Virus record (IMG/VR): IMGVR_UViG_3300028805_002025
Location: 96,001-160,000 of that record
Origin: a virus
Lineage: Duplodnaviria; Caudoviricetes
Length of the DNA: 64,000 nucleotides
Strand: one strand, 5' to 3'
This document shows positions 1 to 11,700 of this stretch, one piece after another. The translations under genes and the position numbers were made by a program. Within the stretch, counting starts at the first letter, position 1. Each line of letters opens with the position of its first letter. The notes beneath the pieces were generated by a model that had not been told where the DNA came from, ran no database searches, and saw only the letters and a program-made list of their open reading frames with translations.

Positions 1-2
1 CA

Positions 3-587
3 GTCGTAGTGTACGCTGGTAATCACGACCTGGTTGTAAACAATACATCAAGAACTGATACCCTCACAGCCCTATTCAATACAGCTAAATTCGAGAACTG
101 TACCTTTCTGGATATGATGACGGACTACAACAGTAACTGCATAACTGATGATAACGTCATATGGGCGTTATATTCCATCTATGATGACTTCATGAGACCA
201 GATATAGATGATGCAAAAACGAAGAATCCAGATGCCACTGTTATAGGTCTTTATCATGGCATGGTGGTTGGTGCTACACTCAATAACGGTAGCGTCGTTG
301 ATGAAGGTGTTGAGGGTGATATATTCGAAGGCTGTAACTACGTTATGGCTGGTCATATACACAAGAGACAGGCATTGAGGCGTGGTGATGTTGAGATTGT
401 ATATCCTGGGTCTCTCATACAACAGACATTCGGAGAGACAGTATCACAGCATGGTTTCGCTGTATGGGATATAGAACATGGTGCTTACGAGTTCGTTGAT
501 ATCGAATCAGACTACAATCTGTATGATATGGAAATAGAAAGGATGGAAGATATCGATGAAGACAAAGAAAAGCTGATTAACTTCTAG
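3..587 (+). CDS. SbcD/Mre11 (T4 gp47-like) metallophosphoesterase nuclease, C-terminal part (5' end outside window)
   Basis: Calcineurin-like phosphoesterase motifs GNHD, YHG, AGHIH and YPGS(L)IQ; reading frame open to the window edge. Confidence 0.8.
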   Translation, partial: VVVYAGNHDLVVNNTSRTDTLTALFNTAKFENCTFLDMMTDYNSNCITDDNVIWALYSIYDDFMRPDIDDAKTKNPDATVIGLYHGMVVGATLNNGSVVDEGVEGDIFEGCNYVMAGHIHKRQALRRGDVEIVYPGSLIQQTFGETVSQHGFAVWDIEHGAYEFVDIESDYNLYDMEIERMEDIDEDKEKLINF

Positions 588-589
588 GG

Positions 590-1183
590 TTAATCAGCTT
601 CTATTATTTCTACAGAGTCATTACTCTGGTGTAATCTTAACGTAATCTCATTATTACTGCTATCCTGTTTAAATTTTATAACCGACGTAAACGTACCAAG
701 TATCTCTCCATTAAGCTTTATGTCAACGTGTACACCCTTATCACTCTCAAGTGGTGCTATCTCATAAGGCAACGGTTGTCCTTGATATGTACACCTCCAA
801 GGTATTTCATTATCACCTTCCTTTGAAAGTATCTTTATCCTCAACTGTCCACCATCAATTTTCTTGCTGGTAATCTTGAACTTGTATTCCTTAGGCCTTA
901 TTGCCTCCAGATTGGGCTTTATAAGGACGCTGGTGCGTTCTTTCCTGTGGTTTAGGAGAACTATATACTCATCCTTTTTTATCGCCTCCAGAGGGACTTC
1001 TACAACCAATTCACTATTACCTTCAACATGTGCCTTTATCTCTGGTGACGTTGTATATTCAACACCCCAAGATATATTATTGCCATTATCGTCAACTGAT
1101 GTAACCGTAAACCTATGCTCAAGACATTCATCTTCGTTTAGGTCTAAGATACATTTTTCTCTATTCTTATTAACTTGTAACAT
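590..1183 (-). CDS. hypothetical virion-associated protein (beta-rich, possibly Ig-like)
   Basis: 197-aa ORF, last gene of the tightly packed structural block; alternating hydrophobic pattern suggests beta strands. Confidence 0.5.
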   Translation of the reverse strand: MLQVNKNREKCILDLNEDECLEHRFTVTSVDDNGNNISWGVEYTTSPEIKAHVEGNSELVVEVPLEAIKKDEYIVLLNHRKERTSVLIKPNLEAIRPKEYKFKITSKKIDGGQLRIKILSKEGDNEIPWRCTYQGQPLPYEIAPLESDKGVHVDIKLNGEILGTFTSVIKFKQDSSNNEITLRLHQSNDSVEIIEAD

Positions 1184-1188
1184 AATTT

Positions 1189-2742
1189 TTATTCATCATC
1201 TTTAAAGTCGAATTTATTGCAATCACAGTCTGATGTTGGTGAATCATCAAAGTTGAAATTATCACAGTTGCAGTCTGTAGGTGAGTCATTGAAACTGAAG
1301 TTGTCACAGTTACAATCTGTTGGTGGCGTAGTCTCTATGAAGTCAAAATCTCCACAGTCACATTCTCCTGGTTCTGAAATGTTGAAACTTGTAATCGCAT
1401 TACAATCGCATGTTACTGTGCAATTCTGACATGGTTTCACCATGAAGGTATTAGCCTTTTTACCAGCCAGTGGTCCTTCAGTCATCGTTACACCACTGCA
1501 TGTCGTACATCCTGGTGTCTGTTCCTTGAAGAACACTTGGTAATCGTCTGGGTGATATGGGTCTCTACAGTCTCCTATCAGCATGTAGTCCTCGTATACG
1601 GATTTTGTCTCTCCACTGGGACAGGCTGGGTTCTCGACTTCCGTGTGTGTTATTGCTGTATAAGCCCAAGTAACTTTTATTCTTCCACCATATAAAGGTA
1701 GGCATCCTTCGGTACTCCAGTCTCCCTTTCCATACAACGACTCATAATACACCTTAACTGTTCCACTATCAACACAATATGTTGTAATATATTCACAATC
1801 TCCATTACATATACCGTCGTATCTCCTTCTCTGTGTGATGTAGAAGCTAAGGTTTCCAGTCACAGGATTTCCATTATAAATTACTTCTGTTGTGTTAGGC
1901 AAACTAAGCTTTGAGAGTATGGTTGAAACAGGTATCTTAAGCTCTACATCGTGGTCAACACAACACTCTATACCCTTGGTACTTAAATCACAGGGGTCTA
2001 TTGTTGTGGCAGACGTGAATGAGCCACTCTCTGTCTTCTTATTACACTTGTCATCTATTATTACTTTCTTGAAACTGCATATGACAGTAATGTTTCCACC
2101 TGTTCCAGGAATCTCAGTTGGGTTTGTAGAGAAACTGACGGTCAATGATGTGCTAGGAGTTGACTTACAGCCTTTGGATGATGATACAAACGCCTCATAC
2201 TTACACTCAGAACAGTTTTGTTCGATAGTACCTGTTATAGGATTTTTATAATCGTCCCCTTCCTTAGGTAATGCACCTTTTGTAGTAGCACTGTATCCTA
2301 TTCTCTTCTCCCTGCTGCATACCGTATTTGTTCCAGCACTGGTATACCAATATTCGTAATAAATCTTTACCTCGCCATCATCTGGATAATCATCATCAAT
2401 ATAGTATGGTACAGTCCATGTTCTAACATCAGTACATTTACACGTACACTCATCAGTGGAAGGACAATCATATGACTTTTGTTTTATCTGATAGCTTAGA
2501 GGTGCTTCTACCCCTTCTATTGTAACAGTACCAGCAGATGTTCTTTCTGGGTCGTTACATTTCAACGGCTCTAATGGTATTTCATAAGAATATATGTTGT
2601 CAAGATAATTTACGATACAGTCGCCACTCTCAGTAGTTCTGACAGTACAAGTTATGGAAGCGGATGTTTCTCTTCCATCCACTTCCAATTTCACTGGATT
2701 CTGAGTTATTATCTCTTTGGTAGTTATTTTCATCCTTAACAT
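1189..2742 (-). CDS. Cys-rich putative tail/baseplate-associated protein with C-terminal CxC repeats
   Basis: 517-aa ORF overlapping the upstream stop; very Cys/Thr-rich; C-terminus has DCNCDNFxF-type repeats. Confidence 0.6.
   Translation of the reverse strand: MLRMKITTKEIITQNPVKLEVDGRETSASITCTVRTTESGDCIVNYLDNIYSYEIPLEPLKCNDPERTSAGTVTIEGVEAPLSYQIKQKSYDCPSTDECTCKCTDVRTWTVPYYIDDDYPDDGEVKIYYEYWYTSAGTNTVCSREKRIGYSATTKGALPKEGDDYKNPITGTIEQNCSECKYEAFVSSSKGCKSTPSTSLTVSFSTNPTEIPGTGGNITVICSFKKVIIDDKCNKKTESGSFTSATTIDPCDLSTKGIECCVDHDVELKIPVSTILSKLSLPNTTEVIYNGNPVTGNLSFYITQRRRYDGICNGDCEYITTYCVDSGTVKVYYESLYGKGDWSTEGCLPLYGGRIKVTWAYTAITHTEVENPACPSGETKSVYEDYMLIGDCRDPYHPDDYQVFFKEQTPGCTTCSGVTMTEGPLAGKKANTFMVKPCQNCTVTCDCNAITSFNISEPGECDCGDFDFIETTPPTDCNCDNFSFNDSPTDCNCDNFNFDDSPTSDCDCNKFDFKDDE
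1195..1410 (-). repeat. degenerate coding tandem repeat (CxC..FxF units)
   Basis: CDCNAITSFNI / CDCGDFDF / DCNCDNFSF / DCNCDNFNF / DCDCNKFDF in the translation. Confidence 0.75.
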
Positions 2743-5700
2743 CCATCGTAGTTAAACTCACAGTAGTTATACTCAACGTCGAATATTGCCGTTGATGGAA
2801 CTAGCTGTGTAAGATAGTTCATAACAATATCGTCTATATACTTAAGCTCACACTGTCCATCCTTGCTGTTGAAAGGATATTTCATGTTGAATATTATCTT
2901 CAACCTCTTGTTGTTGACAATCTGGTTCGAAACGTCATCTATACCAGTCATGTCAGTTATACCAATTCCACTAAGGCTTGCCTCATTGTAGGTTGTCATA
3001 CTTGATATGGTATATGTCTTGATACCGACCAACGCCTGCCAGTTGTCACCACTCTTCTTCGCCATACTAAGAGACCTAGCCCTTGCGGTCTCAAAGTCAG
3101 CCTGTCCACTAGCATATTTGTGCCAGTCGCCAAATACGTAAATATCCTTTATATTATACTTTCTTTCCCATATTGATTTTGTCATTTCAGAACCGTCTGG
3201 GTCTGGATTGTCCTTGAAGTTTCCGAAGTAATGAATTTTATCCTCCTCAAGAAGGAATTTGTCATATTGTTTTATCTCCTCGTTACTGTCAATAAGTCCA
3301 GAGAATCCGTAGTCAAACACCTCACCTCCAAGCCAGTCAAAACCGTCGGTGTAACACCTTGGGTCGAACTTGTCATTATCGTAGGCATACTTGAATAGCC
3401 TGTTGAAGTATGTGAAGTATTCGTGACCGCTGTCGTATACCATATTACCATTATGTCCGTTATTACCGTTGTAGTAATTGGTAATGGTGTTAATCCTCAT
3501 ATATTCGTAATCATTCTCCTTCAATCTTCTCCAGCCATCCTTCTCTCCAGGTGATGCAATACTGTCTGAGAATGAAACATCGTCCAATATGTAGTAATTG
3601 GTATATGTTATAGCACTGTCAACCTCGAAGTTGTCAGATATAATCTGGAATGACGTAATGGTATATGCAGGGTTATCGAAGTTATAGGTGATGAAATCAT
3701 CGTCCTCTTCCTTGATGTAAGCCTTTATCTCATATCCATCAAGCTTGTCGTCTATGTAGTACGTTGTTGGCTCATAGTCCTTATTATATACAACGATTGT
3801 CTCGTCAAAGTACTTATCTCCAACTGTAATGAAGCCACCCTTTCTAACGTATGTTACGAACCTTTGGTTTCCATTATGGGTGATATCGAATATCTGTCCG
3901 TTTACAACAGCAACATCCCTACCAATCCTGTTGACATAGTATATAGAGCCATCGTGCAATGCGTTCTGTGGAACGGAAACAAGGTCACTTAATGTGTCAA
4001 CCCTCTTTATACTTCTGATTGTCTCCTTATACAAAGGTCTATTATCGTCAATAAAACCGTTCTCTGTAACTGTTCCAGAAGGAACATACTGGTTATAAAC
4101 AATGTTGTCCTCAACGTCGAACTGCATATTGTATTCCTTTTCACCACCAGTAATCTTCTTGGCTAACCAACCACCGTCCATCTGGAAGTATGGGTCTCCG
4201 TCGAATTGCTCTGTCTTACTGAAATAAGGATAAAGGTATCTCTTGTATATCTTGTTTCCCTTATCGTCAAGATAGAACTCCTCAAGCTTATTCTTTAAAT
4301 ATTTTTCATCATCAGTGTATCCACTGTACTCGTATCTTGGGACAACTGGTATTCCTTGGTAAGGTATTCCAGTATAACCAATGCTTCCAGGAAGCGTATA
4401 GTTGGACTGAGACCTGTAGTCGTATGTAATTGTCTTGGTAGTGTTAACCCAGTCAATCCTGTACATCTGATGCTCCACGTCCCATTTTTCTTCAATTCTC
4501 TTTGCAAATGAGGTGTATTCCTTAATCTCATAGTCTGGCACAGCCTCGCACTCTCCTGGGTTACATCTGTCCTCAGCCTGCTTATACCTTAAGCTTGGGT
4601 CACATACATAACCATTGGCAGCGGTATATTTCATATCATTGCAATTCATTCTGTCAAGCCACCTCTTACTCTTGAGTCCGAACATACCAAGAATCATTTC
4701 AATTCCCTCGATAGTACCTTTATGTCTCCATATATACTTAGAATTAAGAGATAACCTTCTTAGAAACTCATTGTTTACACCCATGTATGAGAAGTCGTTC
4801 TCATCAGTGTATGACTTGATTCTATTTGTTATCCTGTTGGTGTCGTCATCACGCTCAAGAATAGCTGTTTCCTCGTATCTTACAACACACTCGTCTGCTG
4901 GAGTGCTACCTGGTCTTGTACCAAGCTCTGTAGCCTTCCTTATCTTAGTACCGTAGATGTCGTTAAGCCAGCATTTGAAACCGCCACCCTCTGTACAATC
5001 CATGAAGTAGCCGTTTGCGCTACCATCCTTTATATTCTCTTTTGTATATGGCTTGACAAGTTTCTTTGAATCCTGCGAGTAGTCACGTGAGAAATAAGAA
5101 ACTTTCATTTCATCACCAGTTCCAGCACTTACGGCATTACCAAGCTGTGTAGCTATGTCTGTATATACAGTATCTTCAACAACTGTACCAGCACTTTCAC
5201 CAGTTATATATTTCTCCTCAATTCCATAAGGAATGACATACTTAACGTCCCATCCATCTTCTTCACATTTATCTGACAGAAAATAGTCTGGAAGGTTACT
5301 TCTCTGGTCGTAAGTAACCCTGTTCATAAACCTTATGTTATCAATGTATGTCTTGATTTCATCAAATTCCCTTGCGAAGATTCTTAAGGCTTTCTGTATC
5401 TTCTTACCTCCAGCAACATATTCTATTTCCTCACCATCGACATATTCACGGGTATAAGTCCAGTCGAAGTTCTTGATAGCCTCGTGCGTCATTGAACGCC
5501 AGATGTTATCTGTAAATCTTTCATCATAGAATTCGCCAATCTTAATAAGCTCTGATATAAATGAATCATCAATAGTTGGATTATAGCTACCATTAGAAGT
5601 AGGGAAATAGAACGTTTTAAATTCCCTCTTATATCCAAACTCATCCTCACTTATAACTGAGAAAGTTGACTTGTACCTAGGTGTGGTGTCAAAGTTAAGA

Positions 5701-6902
5701 ATTAATTTCTCAAAAGAATTTGATTCATTGTAGAAGTCAACAAGAAATTCCTCCTTCGGTCTGATATGGTATCCAGTAAGGTCGCATTCGCTCTCAGATT
5801 CTGGTCTGCTGTACATATAATGTATCTTACCATTAGTCTCTACATAAACCCTAATCCTAATCTCCTTAGGTGCATTTGCACAATCTTTACCAAGACACTT
5901 ATCTACATCTTCCTCTGCTGCTTTCTTACCTTTAGCTGAACGCTTCCTTGTAAACCTTGTTGGTTGAACATTCATATCATCAATATTACCACAACCACAT
6001 ACAATAGGTGTAGGGCCACTGAATGTCAAAATACTTCCACAATTACAATTCTCATTTATATTAAATTCAGAAATGGCATCACAATTACAATTCTCATTTA
6101 TATTGAATTCAGAAATGGCATCACAATTACATTTGTCGCTACAATGGGGTACACAGATAAGAACCACCTTATCTATTACAATATTAAAGCTACATTTCTG
6201 TGTTTCACACGGATTGACAAGCTCGTAGTTTGAAATGCCACCATCGGCGAAATACTTCAATATCTCACCGTCTGTAGGGCGTTTCTGGGAATGCATATTG
6301 ATACCAAATGGGTTGTTGATTTCGTACAGATATTCGTTTCCGTATATATCTGGGTCTGCTTCTTCTTCTACCCTACAACCATTCTTATCCCTAACTACAA
6401 CAAGCTTCTTACCAATCTGATAGGTTTCCTCTACTACTTCTCCATCTACTGTATGTTTGTAGGTATAATATGACATATCCCCAGAGAAGAATAACTCCCC
6501 AGGAAATCTATTTACAATGTCAGTGATTGAAGACCTAAACAATTCGGTAAGAGAACCATAGTAGGCAAAGTCCCTAAAATCGTAATAGTCCTGTTTAAGG
6601 ACAATCTTGGTGTCGTTCTCCTCGTCGTAGTCTGACACCATCTGTTTTACGGTCTCAAGAGTCCATACGTCACCACTTATACCCTTCTCCCATTTCTTGG
6701 TGCTGTACTGGTTTGAAACCCTCCTATCATCCCTTACGGTTATGATGAAGTTGCTACTCTGATATATAGGTGTCTGACCAGGTGCAAACTGGTTGAGTCC
6801 ACCGATAGTAGTAATGTCCCTCTCCCAGATTGTACCGTCGTTTATGGTCTGGTGCTTTGATTTAAGCACATAGTTAGAATGCGATTTAATAAAATTACCC
6901 AT
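2736..6902 (-). CDS. large baseplate/tail structural protein (wedge-like)
   Basis: 1388 aa; segment IWRHKGTIEGIEMILGMFG resembles the KGT..I motif of P2 gpI / T4 gp7-like wedge proteins; C-terminal YLTQLVPSTAI; located in the baseplate cluster. Confidence 0.6.
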   Translation of the reverse strand: MGNFIKSHSNYVLKSKHQTINDGTIWERDITTIGGLNQFAPGQTPIYQSSNFIITVRDDRRVSNQYSTKKWEKGISGDVWTLETVKQMVSDYDEENDTKIVLKQDYYDFRDFAYYGSLTELFRSSITDIVNRFPGELFFSGDMSYYTYKHTVDGEVVEETYQIGKKLVVVRDKNGCRVEEEADPDIYGNEYLYEINNPFGINMHSQKRPTDGEILKYFADGGISNYELVNPCETQKCSFNIVIDKVVLICVPHCSDKCNCDAISEFNINENCNCDAISEFNINENCNCGSILTFSGPTPIVCGCGNIDDMNVQPTRFTRKRSAKGKKAAEEDVDKCLGKDCANAPKEIRIRVYVETNGKIHYMYSRPESESECDLTGYHIRPKEEFLVDFYNESNSFEKLILNFDTTPRYKSTFSVISEDEFGYKREFKTFYFPTSNGSYNPTIDDSFISELIKIGEFYDERFTDNIWRSMTHEAIKNFDWTYTREYVDGEEIEYVAGGKKIQKALRIFAREFDEIKTYIDNIRFMNRVTYDQRSNLPDYFLSDKCEEDGWDVKYVIPYGIEEKYITGESAGTVVEDTVYTDIATQLGNAVSAGTGDEMKVSYFSRDYSQDSKKLVKPYTKENIKDGSANGYFMDCTEGGGFKCWLNDIYGTKIRKATELGTRPGSTPADECVVRYEETAILERDDDTNRITNRIKSYTDENDFSYMGVNNEFLRRLSLNSKYIWRHKGTIEGIEMILGMFGLKSKRWLDRMNCNDMKYTAANGYVCDPSLRYKQAEDRCNPGECEAVPDYEIKEYTSFAKRIEEKWDVEHQMYRIDWVNTTKTITYDYRSQSNYTLPGSIGYTGIPYQGIPVVPRYEYSGYTDDEKYLKNKLEEFYLDDKGNKIYKRYLYPYFSKTEQFDGDPYFQMDGGWLAKKITGGEKEYNMQFDVEDNIVYNQYVPSGTVTENGFIDDNRPLYKETIRSIKRVDTLSDLVSVPQNALHDGSIYYVNRIGRDVAVVNGQIFDITHNGNQRFVTYVRKGGFITVGDKYFDETIVVYNKDYEPTTYYIDDKLDGYEIKAYIKEEDDDFITYNFDNPAYTITSFQIISDNFEVDSAITYTNYYILDDVSFSDSIASPGEKDGWRRLKENDYEYMRINTITNYYNGNNGHNGNMVYDSGHEYFTYFNRLFKYAYDNDKFDPRCYTDGFDWLGGEVFDYGFSGLIDSNEEIKQYDKFLLEEDKIHYFGNFKDNPDPDGSEMTKSIWERKYNIKDIYVFGDWHKYASGQADFETARARSLSMAKKSGDNWQALVGIKTYTISSMTTYNEASLSGIGITDMTGIDDVSNQIVNNKRLKIIFNMKYPFNSKDGQCELKYIDDIVMNYLTQLVPSTAIFDVEYNYCEFNYDGC
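6038..6131. repeat. 42-bp tandem repeat, ~2.2 copies (encodes NCNCDAISEFNINE)
   Basis: cacaattacaattctcatttatatt(a/g)aattcagaaatggcat at 6038 and 6080, partial copy at 6122. Confidence 0.9.
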
Positions 6903-6903
6903 A

Positions 6904-7824
6904 CTACAAAGTTAATATTTCATTTATTTTGGTCTGTACATCTTCTTCGTATGTAATATAACCTAATTTTATGTTATGCTCTTTGCATAACTTATTTTTC
7001 CTTTCGTCTAGCTGTCTAACGTATATTAACTTATTTTCTCCACCAAAATATTCTATTGGCTTATAATGCTGTATACCTTGACATTCTATAGCAATGTTAT
7101 AATCTGGTAAATAAAAATCTAGATGTTGTTTATTTAGCCAAGGAAACACGTTTTTATCACATTTTTGTATAAACTTAATTTCAAGCTTTTCTAACTCTTT
7201 TAATGTTTTACTCTCAAGTATGCTATTATTGCAAGCAGGACATCCTTGGCCTTGTAGGTGGCAATATGGTCGTTGCCAAAATTCTCCATGTTTCTTACAT
7301 ATTACACAAACTTTTTCATAGCACCCCTTATAAACAACTTTAGAATAATCATACTTATTGCCATGTACTAATCTAGCCTCGCTAATAAAGCCATCAGTAT
7401 TTTTGAAATTATTTATCGAATTTTCAGCAATTGCACATTTTTTACATCCATGACCATTTAGATGATGATGTGCTTGTTGGTAAAATTCGCCATGCTCTGG
7501 GCATATAATGCATACTTTATCTTTTGACCTAGTATAGTTAACTTTTGAATAATCATATTTATTACCGTGTATTATTTTTGCTTTTTCTATGAAATATTCT
7601 TTTGTAAAAGACTTACTTATGCCCCTTTTATTTTTCCAACAAATTGGGCATCCAGACTCATTACGTAAATGATTATCAGCTAACTGCCAAAACTCACCGT
7701 GTTCTGGGCATATGATACATACTTTTGTTCTACAGTTTTCGTAAATCACTTTCGAATAATCATATTTATCACCATGTATTTTTTTAGCTTTGGCGATGAA
7801 TTCCTCTGTTGTTAACTTTTTCAT
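6904..7824 (-). CDS. free-standing putative homing endonuclease (three Zn-ribbon repeats plus C-terminal PD-(D/E)xK/Vsr-like domain)
   Basis: Three repeats of FIxKAKxIHGxKYDYSKVxY...C..HGEFxQ...HL.G.GCxxC; C-terminal LDFYLPDYNIAIECQGIQHY; more AT-rich than its neighbours. Confidence 0.75.
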   Translation of the reverse strand: MKKLTTEEFIAKAKKIHGDKYDYSKVIYENCRTKVCIICPEHGEFWQLADNHLRNESGCPICWKNKRGISKSFTKEYFIEKAKIIHGNKYDYSKVNYTRSKDKVCIICPEHGEFYQQAHHHLNGHGCKKCAIAENSINNFKNTDGFISEARLVHGNKYDYSKVVYKGCYEKVCVICKKHGEFWQRPYCHLQGQGCPACNNSILESKTLKELEKLEIKFIQKCDKNVFPWLNKQHLDFYLPDYNIAIECQGIQHYKPIEYFGGENKLIYVRQLDERKNKLCKEHNIKLGYITYEEDVQTKINEILTL

Positions 7825-7856
7825 AGTTTGAATGACTCTTTATAAGTGGCATTTTC

Positions 7857-8777
7857 TTAGCTTATCTTATCATCAATTGTCTGGCTAAAGTCAATTGAAT
7901 TATTCTTGTTGTGTTTAACCTCGTAGACAGGCTTTCCTGTGTACTGGTCTTTGAGTGTGAAGTGCTCTGCCTGCATATAAATCTCGTTATTGTCATTGAA
8001 TGTTGTAACAAGACCGTTGTCAAGGTCTCTGAGCTGACTGTTCTCAAGCATGTAACTGATTGTATCGGCATCATGCGTAGTCATTTCAATATCAAGCATT
8101 ATTGGCTCGAAGAACGTATTGACAAGCAATATCTTCTGCGTAGGCTTTCCTATGTATGGAAGTGCATTATCCTTGAATGTAGGTGCAGACGATGGAGATA
8201 CAGTTACGAATGTAAGAGTTGATGCATCATCATACCTGTATGTATATGATTTATCACTTGATGAGTTAGGTGCTTGTACAACTGGCTCACACCTGTTATT
8301 ACTGGTGATAATCCTGTAATAATCCTGTCTTGCTCCATTGTCATCAATATAGATAATTCTATAACCTATAAGCTCGTTATTCTTTCGTGCTTTAACCTGT
8401 ATGCTTGCATTGTTAATCATCGTCGTATCCAATACAAGACCCCTAACGTTTGGAAACGCTGTTAGAGTACTCACATCGGTAATGACAGCCTCAATCTCCT
8501 TAGGCTTGATGTAAACGCTGTAGAAACCCTTCTTATTGAACTCACTGAGAGGTAGCTGAAGGTTGTACATACCCTCTACGAACTCGTCAACGTCGCCAGT
8601 AACCTTGTCCCTTCTAGCCTGCGTAAGGATAGCTGAGTCAAGCTTCTTGAACCTGGCGTTAGTCAAAGAGTCGTAAGTCCTCTTCTCATGATAACAGTAT
8701 GATATGTCAACCAAATTTGGAATGTCAACATTAGCAATATTTATCGGTATTGTAGTACCGTAACATCCGATGGCCAT
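7857..8777 (-). CDS. putative virion structural protein
   Basis: 306-aa ORF inside the structural block; no recognisable enzyme motif. Confidence 0.55.
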   Translation of the reverse strand: MAIGCYGTTIPINIANVDIPNLVDISYCYHEKRTYDSLTNARFKKLDSAILTQARRDKVTGDVDEFVEGMYNLQLPLSEFNKKGFYSVYIKPKEIEAVITDVSTLTAFPNVRGLVLDTTMINNASIQVKARKNNELIGYRIIYIDDNGARQDYYRIITSNNRCEPVVQAPNSSSDKSYTYRYDDASTLTFVTVSPSSAPTFKDNALPYIGKPTQKILLVNTFFEPIMLDIEMTTHDADTISYMLENSQLRDLDNGLVTTFNDNNEIYMQAEHFTLKDQYTGKPVYEVKHNKNNSIDFSQTIDDKIS

Positions 8778-8799
8778 ATTGTAAAATTTTTTTGGTATA

Positions 8800-11700
8800 T
8801 TAGTTATTCATTATCTTGAAATACCCGTTGGTATATTGCTCAAGTGCCTCCATGCTTGTAATCTCACCCAGTTTGAGGTGTTTCTCGAAGGCTGCGTTTA
8901 TTCCTCTGTCTATATAAATATCAGTATCTATGTTTTGTATGCAGGCTGTACCCATCTTATATTCCTCTCTGAATACAGGGAAAACACTTGTTCCGTTATA
9001 GAGTTCAAAATCATTTGTATTCGTCTTGAGAGGCATTTCTAAATGAGCTAAGGCTGCGTAGTAGTAATTGTTATAGTCTGACTCTACCTTGGTCATGTCC
9101 TGTGTCATCACGTAGCAGACGATTGGATAACTCAACGTGTGGGCTGATACTGTGTTCTGTGTCATAGGTATCTGTTTCCTCACATCAGTCTTCAGATAGT
9201 ACTGTACTTCAGTTTCAACGAATTTCACAGTCTCTGTGTAGCACACACCACTACTGAAGTTGTTGCCTGTAACTATCTTAAATGGCTCATTTTCAGCATT
9301 TCTGACTAATGTTGCGCCTATATAATAGGTAACGTCACAGTAGATATCATCGTCAAATATAAATGTACTTCCAGATGCCTGTCTAATCGCTTCTTCAATC
9401 TCTTCTCTCTTCTGCTGTACCTCTTCTATGGCTTCCAGTGATGTTTTATCAGTTGAGGCTTCAACGACAGTTGATATTTCATCATCTTCACCTTCATGGT
9501 AGACAATAGTATTACCTTCATTATCTCTGTAATAGAATTTCATGCCAGTAATTATATCCCCAATGAAGTAGTTTGGGGTATTAGGCATTAAATCTTGCTG
9601 TTTTTCAACCGTCATACTGAACCTCTTGACGTTAGCCACGTTTCCAAGCTGGTAGATTGGTTCTAACTTAGAGCCTTCTGGCGGCTGGTGATTATAGGTA
9701 TCAGTACCAATCTTATATAAAGCCTCTATGGTATTTCCTATGTCGTCTGTGAGCAATGAGGTAGAACGTAGGTCATACAGTTTTGATTCTGCTGTTCCAG
9801 AAAGGATTCCTCCAAGGTAAACGTCTATATCGTCGTCAACTTTTTTCTTAACCTCGAATGCTTTTGAGTCTACCTCGTATTTTTCTTCAGTATCATTAAG
9901 TTCAACAACATATCCCTCATCATAGTGGTATATTATTCCTCCATCTTCTGATACTTCGTAATGGCAAGATTCTTCATCGCATACCATGATAACATTAGTA
10001 ATGTATAACAAGTCATCAGAAGCTATACAAGTTCCACTTGTTATCCTAATATAGTCAATACCATTAATAGTTATACCGCTTAAAACGGGCTTTCCTTCTT
10101 CATCTTCTTCTATCACATGCTGAGTTCCCATGTAGGTAATGAACTCCTTATAGTCCTCAATGGTAGTACTGGTTCTTGGGAACTTCTTGTATATGTCTGG
10201 GTTCAGTGTACTTCCACTACATGTAGAGTCGTTATCAACGTTTGTTTTCTCCTTGAAGAATGGGAAATAGTAGAACTGACTGCATGCCCCACTAAACGGA
10301 TAGAAATCGGCATATATCCTCTTTCCGTTTATTATCGTATAAGGAGTGTCGGTATATTCTTCCCTGTATACGAAGAATGTCCTACCACTTATATACTTAT
10401 TCTTTCCATCATATACACCATACTCCAGTTTCTGTATATCGTACAGTGAAGTACCTATGAGTATCGCATCATGTTTTTCAATAGGATATCTGATAGCTAA
10501 TTGCTGTCTTAACCCTGTTTCAGCACTACTAGTTACACGTCTGTCGTTGTCGTCAAACGTATAATAGAAAATCTGCCCCTGGGTGTATCCACTTCTCTCA
10601 TATGTTGGTTTACCTTCAGTATCCTTAATATCTATTGTATATCCAGAGTTTTTTTCTCTGTACGCATAGTCGTACTCCTCAAATGAACAAGCTACCTGTT
10701 CAAGCTCTGGATTGTATTTAGCCCAATCTACCTGTATGATTGCATTGCTGCCACATTTAGGACAATGACCTGTAAACTCACCTTCGTAGCCACAAGTACT
10801 GCATGATGAAACGAACATTTCCATGTACTCCGTGTCATAACTGAAACCAGAACCTCCAGTGAGAATCATAGCCTCTTTATCCATTGTTACCACAGTACCA
10901 TGTCTTGTATTTTCAGACTGTCCGTAGCCTTCTGCTGTCCTATAGTCTATACCAAGTTCATACTCCTTAGAAAATATACTAAATTCTCCCAAATCATCAA
11001 TAGAAACCTGCATTGAAAGTGGCATAATAATGGTAGGAATTGCACAATTTTCTTTCTCAATACTTGGTACAATGTTTTTCTGTATGGCTTCATACCAGGT
11101 ATTCATCTGTTTAAGTATGTCATTACCACCAAGCTTGAACCATTTCTCGCACTCACAACAGTCTGTTGAACCAGAGCAATCGAATATTGTCAGACCATCT
11201 TTTCCGTATCCGCTTCTATCTTCAAGCCATCCTCTCCACTTGATTACATCTGGGTAGAACAGCTTATCTCTTCTCCAGTAATCCTTGTACTGGTTTGGTA
11301 TGACGAATGAAGGTATGATATGTTCACAAATCCACTTGTAGAAACCGTCGTCAACAGCTTCTGATATTACTGTATGGGCAGAACAATTGTCAAAGTTACA
11401 TATATCCTTTGTATTGTCGCAAATAACAGTAATTGCAGAACCTCCTCTTGCCCTAAACAGCTCATCCATATCTATGTATGTTTGTTCCTCAGCACCATAT
11501 TTAAGCTGTGGCGCATAACCATGTTTTGATTCGGCTTTATAGTATTGTGTTGCACTTGAATAAACAATACCACAGTGACCCCAGTCATTAAGGAGGTGAT
11601 AGTAATCTGTAAAGAACTTATACCAATCACTTAACTCCTCCCAAGATATTACAAATGGATGGTTTATATCACCAAGGTCTTCATATGCTGAAATTGCTGA

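Noticed and set aside
6038-6131. Diversity-generating retroelement TR/VR pair
   Set aside because: Adjacent in-frame tandem duplication with a single substitution; no reverse transcriptase in the window
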